Source: Halorutilales archaeon Cl-col2-1
Lineage (GTDB): Archaea; Halobacteriota; Halobacteria; Halobacteriales; Afararchaeaceae
DNA: 10,286 nt
Direction: 5' to 3'
NCBI GenBank assembly: GCA_041891055.1
Contig: CP169076.1
Coordinates: forward strand, 1-10,286
The first letter of the stretch is position 1. Every line of letters starts with the position of its first letter. This document shows positions 7,241 to 10,286 of this stretch, piece after piece. The position numbers and the translations under genes are program-made. Under the pieces are notes generated by a model. That model did no database searches and was not told the DNA's origin. It saw only the letters and a program-made list of their open reading frames with translations.

Positions 7241-7317
7241 CGTGGCGGTTTCTTACCGGAGCTTACGCGATTCACTCCCGCCGTGAACGGCGGGATTCTC
7301 TCGCTGTATCAAGATAG
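7069..7317 (-). mobile_element. Non-autonomous, internally deleted IS200/IS605 (IS1341-type) element
   Basis: Two related subterminal hairpins with TGAA loops (+ strand): CCCCGTCG/CGACGGGG (7078-7097) and TCCCGCCG/CGGCGGGA (7276-7295). The minus strand ends GGAGGATGTCA, as I recall for haloarchaeal IS605-family right ends. No TIR/TSD. Left boundary uncertain by ~10 nt. Confidence 0.85.
7129..7239 (-). pseudogene. tnpB: tnpB C-terminal remnant
   Basis: YDWSESPRSPARESPKEQRTDPSTVHRDGNVASGES* resembles the C-terminal tail of haloarchaeal IS1341-type TnpB (recognised from memory). No RuvC or Zn-ribbon region remains. Confidence 0.75.
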
Positions 7318-7323
7318 GAGGGG

Positions 7324-7407
7324 GGGGGGTATAGAGTTACACATACGTGTAATATTACACGTATAATATACGTATAGAGTAGACTGACCCACAACTATAT
7401 AGCCCCC
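7324..7407. repeat. Composite palindromic site downstream of the recombinase
   Basis: Perfect 22-bp palindrome ATACGTGTAATATTACACGTAT (7343-7364) and TATACGTATA (7367-7376), flanked by a 13/15 inverted repeat GGGGGGTATAGAGTT (7324-7338) / AACTATATAGCCCCC (7393-7407). Confidence 0.8.
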
Positions 7408-7422
7408 TGGGTATGAGACAGG

Positions 7423-8022
7423 CTACTCGGGGACGAGCTCTTCACCGATAGTCGACGGCGTCGGCTTAGCTAAGTATGGTTCTATACTCTGGTACGACGA
7501 CCAGCCGCCTATCTCCATCATTACTCTAACACTAACATCCTCCTCAACGAGGTAGTGTGTTGCCCAGCTACGGCGTAGATCGTGACTCGACACGTGGCTC
7601 CAACGCTCAGACTTCCCGGCGTCGACGAGACTCCGTGCGGCTTCACGTACCCATCGACGGATAGAGTCTACGGAGACGTCGACGTATGGCTCAGACGGTG
7701 CTATGTCTCTCTCTTTAGCGTAGTTCTCGAGCTCACGTTTCACACCTCGGGGTACGTATGCGTCTCTCGTGGCTTTCTCACCGCCCTTCGTGTTCTTACC
7801 TCGTACCTCAAGCTCCCAGTACTCTCCGTCGCCGTTGTACTGTAGACCCCGAGGTCGAGCCGTAGGTACGCCGCTGGCTCGAAGCCCGATTTTGCCCATT
7901 AAGAGTATAGCTATCCTACGCTCCCAGTCTTCTTGGCGTGCCTGTCGAGATAGGAGGTCGACCTCGTCGGGATAGGATAACCAGCATTTCACCTCGTCGC
8001 CTGAGTCGTCTATACGCACCAT
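7423..8022 (-). CDS. Tyrosine recombinase/integrase, catalytic-domain-only (SNJ2-like family), 199 aa
   Basis: GLR, GK, SSHDLRRSWAT, GGW and EPY give the R-K-H-R-W-Y catalytic set. Too short to hold a core-binding domain. Confidence 0.93.
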   Translation of the reverse strand: MVRIDDSGDEVKCWLSYPDEVDLLSRQARQEDWERRIAILLMGKIGLRASGVPTARPRGLQYNGDGEYWELEVRGKNTKGGEKATRDAYVPRGVKRELENYAKERDIAPSEPYVDVSVDSIRRWVREAARSLVDAGKSERWSHVSSHDLRRSWATHYLVEEDVSVRVMMEIGGWSSYQSIEPYLAKPTPSTIGEELVPE

Positions 8023-8497
8023 ACACGGATGTTTAACTTAGCGTGTGAAAAGAGTGTTGGAGGAGGTGTATCCCGGGGTGAGATGTGGTATATATGGGTT
8101 GACGTCGGGTGTTCGTACACGGTTAATTATACAATACGTGTAACAACTAACCAACAGATCTAGAGATATATTAGAAATGTTGGTTAGCTCTGAGTGAGAC
8201 TCCAACCCCGAGGTCGACCACAAGGGGTATCTCACCTCGGGGGTCGGGAAAGAAGGTGCTCACGAGAGGGTGTGTTGGTGTTTGTACTCGGGTCTTTTAG
8301 TTGTTTTTCTGTCTGCGAAAAACAAACTACAAAAGTTACCAAAATCCTACGCTTTCTGGTGTTTATAATAATGTATAATATGGACAACACTACTGCGGGA
8401 TACATACTATCTTAATCGGTGAATATTACTGTAACAATCTATACCGAGAAGGCATTACAGCATCGGGGTAAGGATGCAATTTCCTTTGTGTAGGGGG

Positions 8498-8526
8498 TGT
8501 AAAGAAGTAACCCTTTTACATTTAAT
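8498..8526 (+). promoter_or_regulatory. Inverted repeat operator next to the TATA of the HTH gene
   Basis: TGTAAA-N11-TTTACA (8498-8520) immediately before TTTAAT (8521-8526), ~25 nt upstream of ATG 8550. Confidence 0.45.
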
Positions 8527-8549
8527 CGCTGTACTAAGGTAATGTGGAT

Positions 8550-8930
8550 ATGGAACCGTTAAAGTCCCTGAACGAGGAAGAACGACAACGTCTCGAGGGT
8601 GTTTTTGAGCGGGCTCTTGAGGAGCTTGAGGTCGGCGAGGTCGAGACAGCCCTGGATAGACAGATGAGTCTTAAGCAGTACTACAACAATCACAAGTCTA
8701 ACCGAGGGAAAGTAGAACCATTTCTCGAGGAGCTTCGTGAGATCACAGAGAGATACGGAAAAGACAATCCCCGGCGCGAGATGGATATTATCTCACTCTT
8801 CCTTAAGACGGAGATGAGTCGCCCAACATACTATAAACTGCGGGATCGTGCCGAGGAGGAGTTGGGCGTCGATCTCGAGGAGTACCGGAAAGAGGTTCCC
8901 ACTAACGACTGGGCGACCTGGCAGGGGTAG
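8550..8930 (+). CDS. Hypothetical alpha-helical protein with probable C-terminal HTH (~126 aa)
   Basis: Acidic and helical. MSRPTYYKLR resembles an HTH recognition helix (SRxTxY). Start ATG 8550 (track GTG 8544). Confidence 0.75.
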   Translation: MEPLKSLNEEERQRLEGVFERALEELEVGEVETALDRQMSLKQYYNNHKSNRGKVEPFLEELREITERYGKDNPRREMDIISLFLKTEMSRPTYYKLRDRAEEELGVDLEEYRKEVPTNDWATWQG

Positions 8931-9076
8931 TTCTTTCTCACTTACACCTCGTGTCTCGTTTTGAGTGTATTCAAGCTGTGGGACAGGGGGGTGTCCAAAA
9001 TATCCCCTCCAATGTGCGCACGCGCGACCCCCCGCCCCCTCCCCGACGAGAGTTACCACAGTTGGGGTCTAAAATG

Positions 9077-9377
9077 ATCTTACACCATGCCTTACAGTGA
9101 ATCTTACATATCTTACATTCATCTTACATTCGAGAATCCCACGCCTTCTGGTGGATCTTACACATCTTACACTATATACGATTAATGGTAGATAGAATCA
9201 GACAAATCTGTGAGCTTCAATATCTCGTTTTCTCTCGTTCACTCTCACTCTACCCTGACCCCCTAGAGATAGCGTAAGACGTGTAACAATCACTATACAG
9301 CATGGGATTTTGTAGTGTAAGATGGGTGTAAGATCGGTGTAAGGTCGCGTAAGATCGGCGTAACCTCGGCGTAAGAT
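9077..9377. repeat. Bipartite inverted array of ATCTTACA / TGTAAGAT octamers
   Basis: ATCTTACA-type copies at 9077, 9089, 9101, 9110, 9121, 9155, 9164. Reverse-complement-type copies at 9273, 9282 (degenerate), 9316, 9327, 9338, 9348, 9359, 9370. Confidence 0.92.
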
Positions 9378-9421
9378 TGACTATCTTCCGTATATTACGT
9401 TTGGGTGTAGGACAAACAGTA

Positions 9422-9721
9422 ATGGTAGAGGTACTGCTAAACGACGAAGACAAAAAACCAGATGGTACGAAGATCGAGGCGATAGGTTACGAGGTTCCGA
9501 GGTCTGACCAGTTCCCCGAGGGGGTCAAGTACAGTTTCGTGTACTTTCACCCTGACGACGACGTGAACATACTACGGTACGACAACGCACACGAGCACGC
9601 CGGAAGCAAACACCACAAGCACGTAAGGGGTGAAACACACCCCGTGGACTACGAGGGGAGTGTAGAACAACAGTACGAGAAGTTCCTAAACGAGGTCGAG
9701 GAAATTTATGAGCATGAATAA
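9422..9721 (+). CDS. DUF6516 (TumE-like) family putative toxin (99 aa)
   Basis: VPRSDQFPEGVKYSF...ILRYDNAH...HHKH signature. ATG 9422 lies ~25-30 nt after TATATTA (9391-9397). Confidence 0.85.
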   Translation: MVEVLLNDEDKKPDGTKIEAIGYEVPRSDQFPEGVKYSFVYFHPDDDVNILRYDNAHEHAGSKHHKHVRGETHPVDYEGSVEQQYEKFLNEVEEIYEHE

Positions 9722-10133
9722 AGACAGGCACGAAGGTATAGAGATACCCGAGATACCCGAGGGTACGGATCTGATAATCACGTCAGAGACCTGGGAAGAG
9801 TTCAAAGAGGGTTCGGTAGATAGAGCTAGGTCGTTAGACGAGGGAGAACAGCCACCCCACGTCGTCAACATAGAAGACCCAAGCGAGTTCCGTAAGCTAC
9901 TCACACCCAAACGTCTCGAACTCATAGAGACCGTCGTAGAAGACCCTCCCGAGAGCATACGTGATCTAGCCGACAAGCTCGACAGAGGTCTACGTGAGGT
10001 ACATGAGGATCTTGAACTCCTCGAAGAGTACGGTATAGTCAAGTTCGAGGAGGAGGGACGCGCTAAGAGACCCTACATACCATACGAGACTGTCAGGATA
10101 AGCGGGGAGATCGCCAAGAAGCCCCCAGCGTGA
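9708..10133 (+). CDS. HVO_A0114-like winged-HTH protein, putative antitoxin/regulator
   Basis: LLTPKRLELIE...PESIRDLADKLDRGLREVHEDLELLEEYGIV.FEEEGRAKRPYIPYE. Overlaps the upstream DUF6516 gene, the usual pairing. Confidence 0.87.
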   Translation: MSMNKDRHEGIEIPEIPEGTDLIITSETWEEFKEGSVDRARSLDEGEQPPHVVNIEDPSEFRKLLTPKRLELIETVVEDPPESIRDLADKLDRGLREVHEDLELLEEYGIVKFEEEGRAKRPYIPYETVRISGEIAKKPPA

Positions 10134-10141
10134 ACCTGTAT

Positions 10142-10286
10142 CTATACCACCCTTATCCCGTCTGAGGTCTCCATTATCACCCCGTTTGTGAGCAAGTTCT
10201 CGACGGCTGTCTCGGCTTGTTCGTCCTCTACGTCGACTTTTTCGACAAGCTCGTCTTGAGTACACCCCTCGTTTTCTCTTAACTCT
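10142..10286 (-). CDS. C-terminal winged-helix segment, most likely the end of the replication protein (joins in frame to base 1)
   Basis: Frame from 10285 reads ELRENEGCTQDELVEKVDVEDEQAETAVENLLTNGVIMETSDGIRVV* with TAG at 10144-10142. The leftover GA (bases 2-1) plus A (10286) forms GAA, giving continuous ...TPQKRILEELRENEG..., a winged-helix pattern. Confidence 0.88.
   Translation of the reverse strand, partial: ELRENEGCTQDELVEKVDVEDEQAETAVENLLTNGVIMETSDGIRVV

Noticed and set aside
7582-9059. ORFs 7582-7845, 7769-7975, 8038-8235, 8194-8415 and 8793-9059
   Set aside because: Antisense shadows or intergenic ORFs with non-halophilic composition.
9129-9146. TTCGAGAATCCCACGCC as a tRNA T-arm-derived attP
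   Set aside because: Only loose resemblance to GGTTCGAATCC; no T-stem pairing or cloverleaf.
9077-9377. Repeat array as a CRISPR array
   Set aside because: Units are 8 bp with 1-4 bp gaps in two orientations, with no unique 30-40 bp spacers and no cas genes.
9250-10265. Minus ORFs 9250-9453, 9525-9731, 9686-10042 and 9990-10265, and the TTG extension 9377-9421
   Set aside because: Shadows of the repeats or TA genes. 9990-10265 is the wrong frame over the true wH tail, and the extension overlaps the TATA box.
1-10286. Provirus/pleolipovirus or conjugative element
   Set aside because: No membrane, spike or capsid proteins, packaging ATPase, relaxase or T4SS genes are recognisable.

Overview
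The window reads as a complete, circularly permuted ~10.3 kb haloarchaeal plasmid-like element, with very acidic proteins, archaeal TATA/leaderless starts and no capsid or relaxase genes. Its main gene is missing from the ORF track. A minus-strand frame starts at GTG 3260, stays open to base 1 and continues in frame from base 10286 to a TAG at 10142, giving ~1134 aa. This protein joins an NrS-1-like AEP primase-polymerase, a helical bundle domain, a P-loop (DUF927/Cch-like) helicase, an RPA-like OB fold and a C-terminal winged helix, i.e. a candidate one-polypeptide replisome. Other genes are two ribbon-helix-helix/coiled-coil regulators (plus a decayed partial copy of one), a coiled-coil protein, a small Zn-finger protein, a catalytic-domain-only (SNJ2-like) tyrosine recombinase, an HTH protein and a DUF6516 + HVO_A0114-like toxin-antitoxin pair. 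Non-coding features are a ~250 bp non-autonomous IS200/IS605 (IS1341-type) element keeping both end hairpins and the tnpB 3' tail/omegaRNA region, a phased inverted ATCTTACA repeat array and several palindromic candidate origin/operator sites. Family assignments come from motif recognition only; no searches were run.
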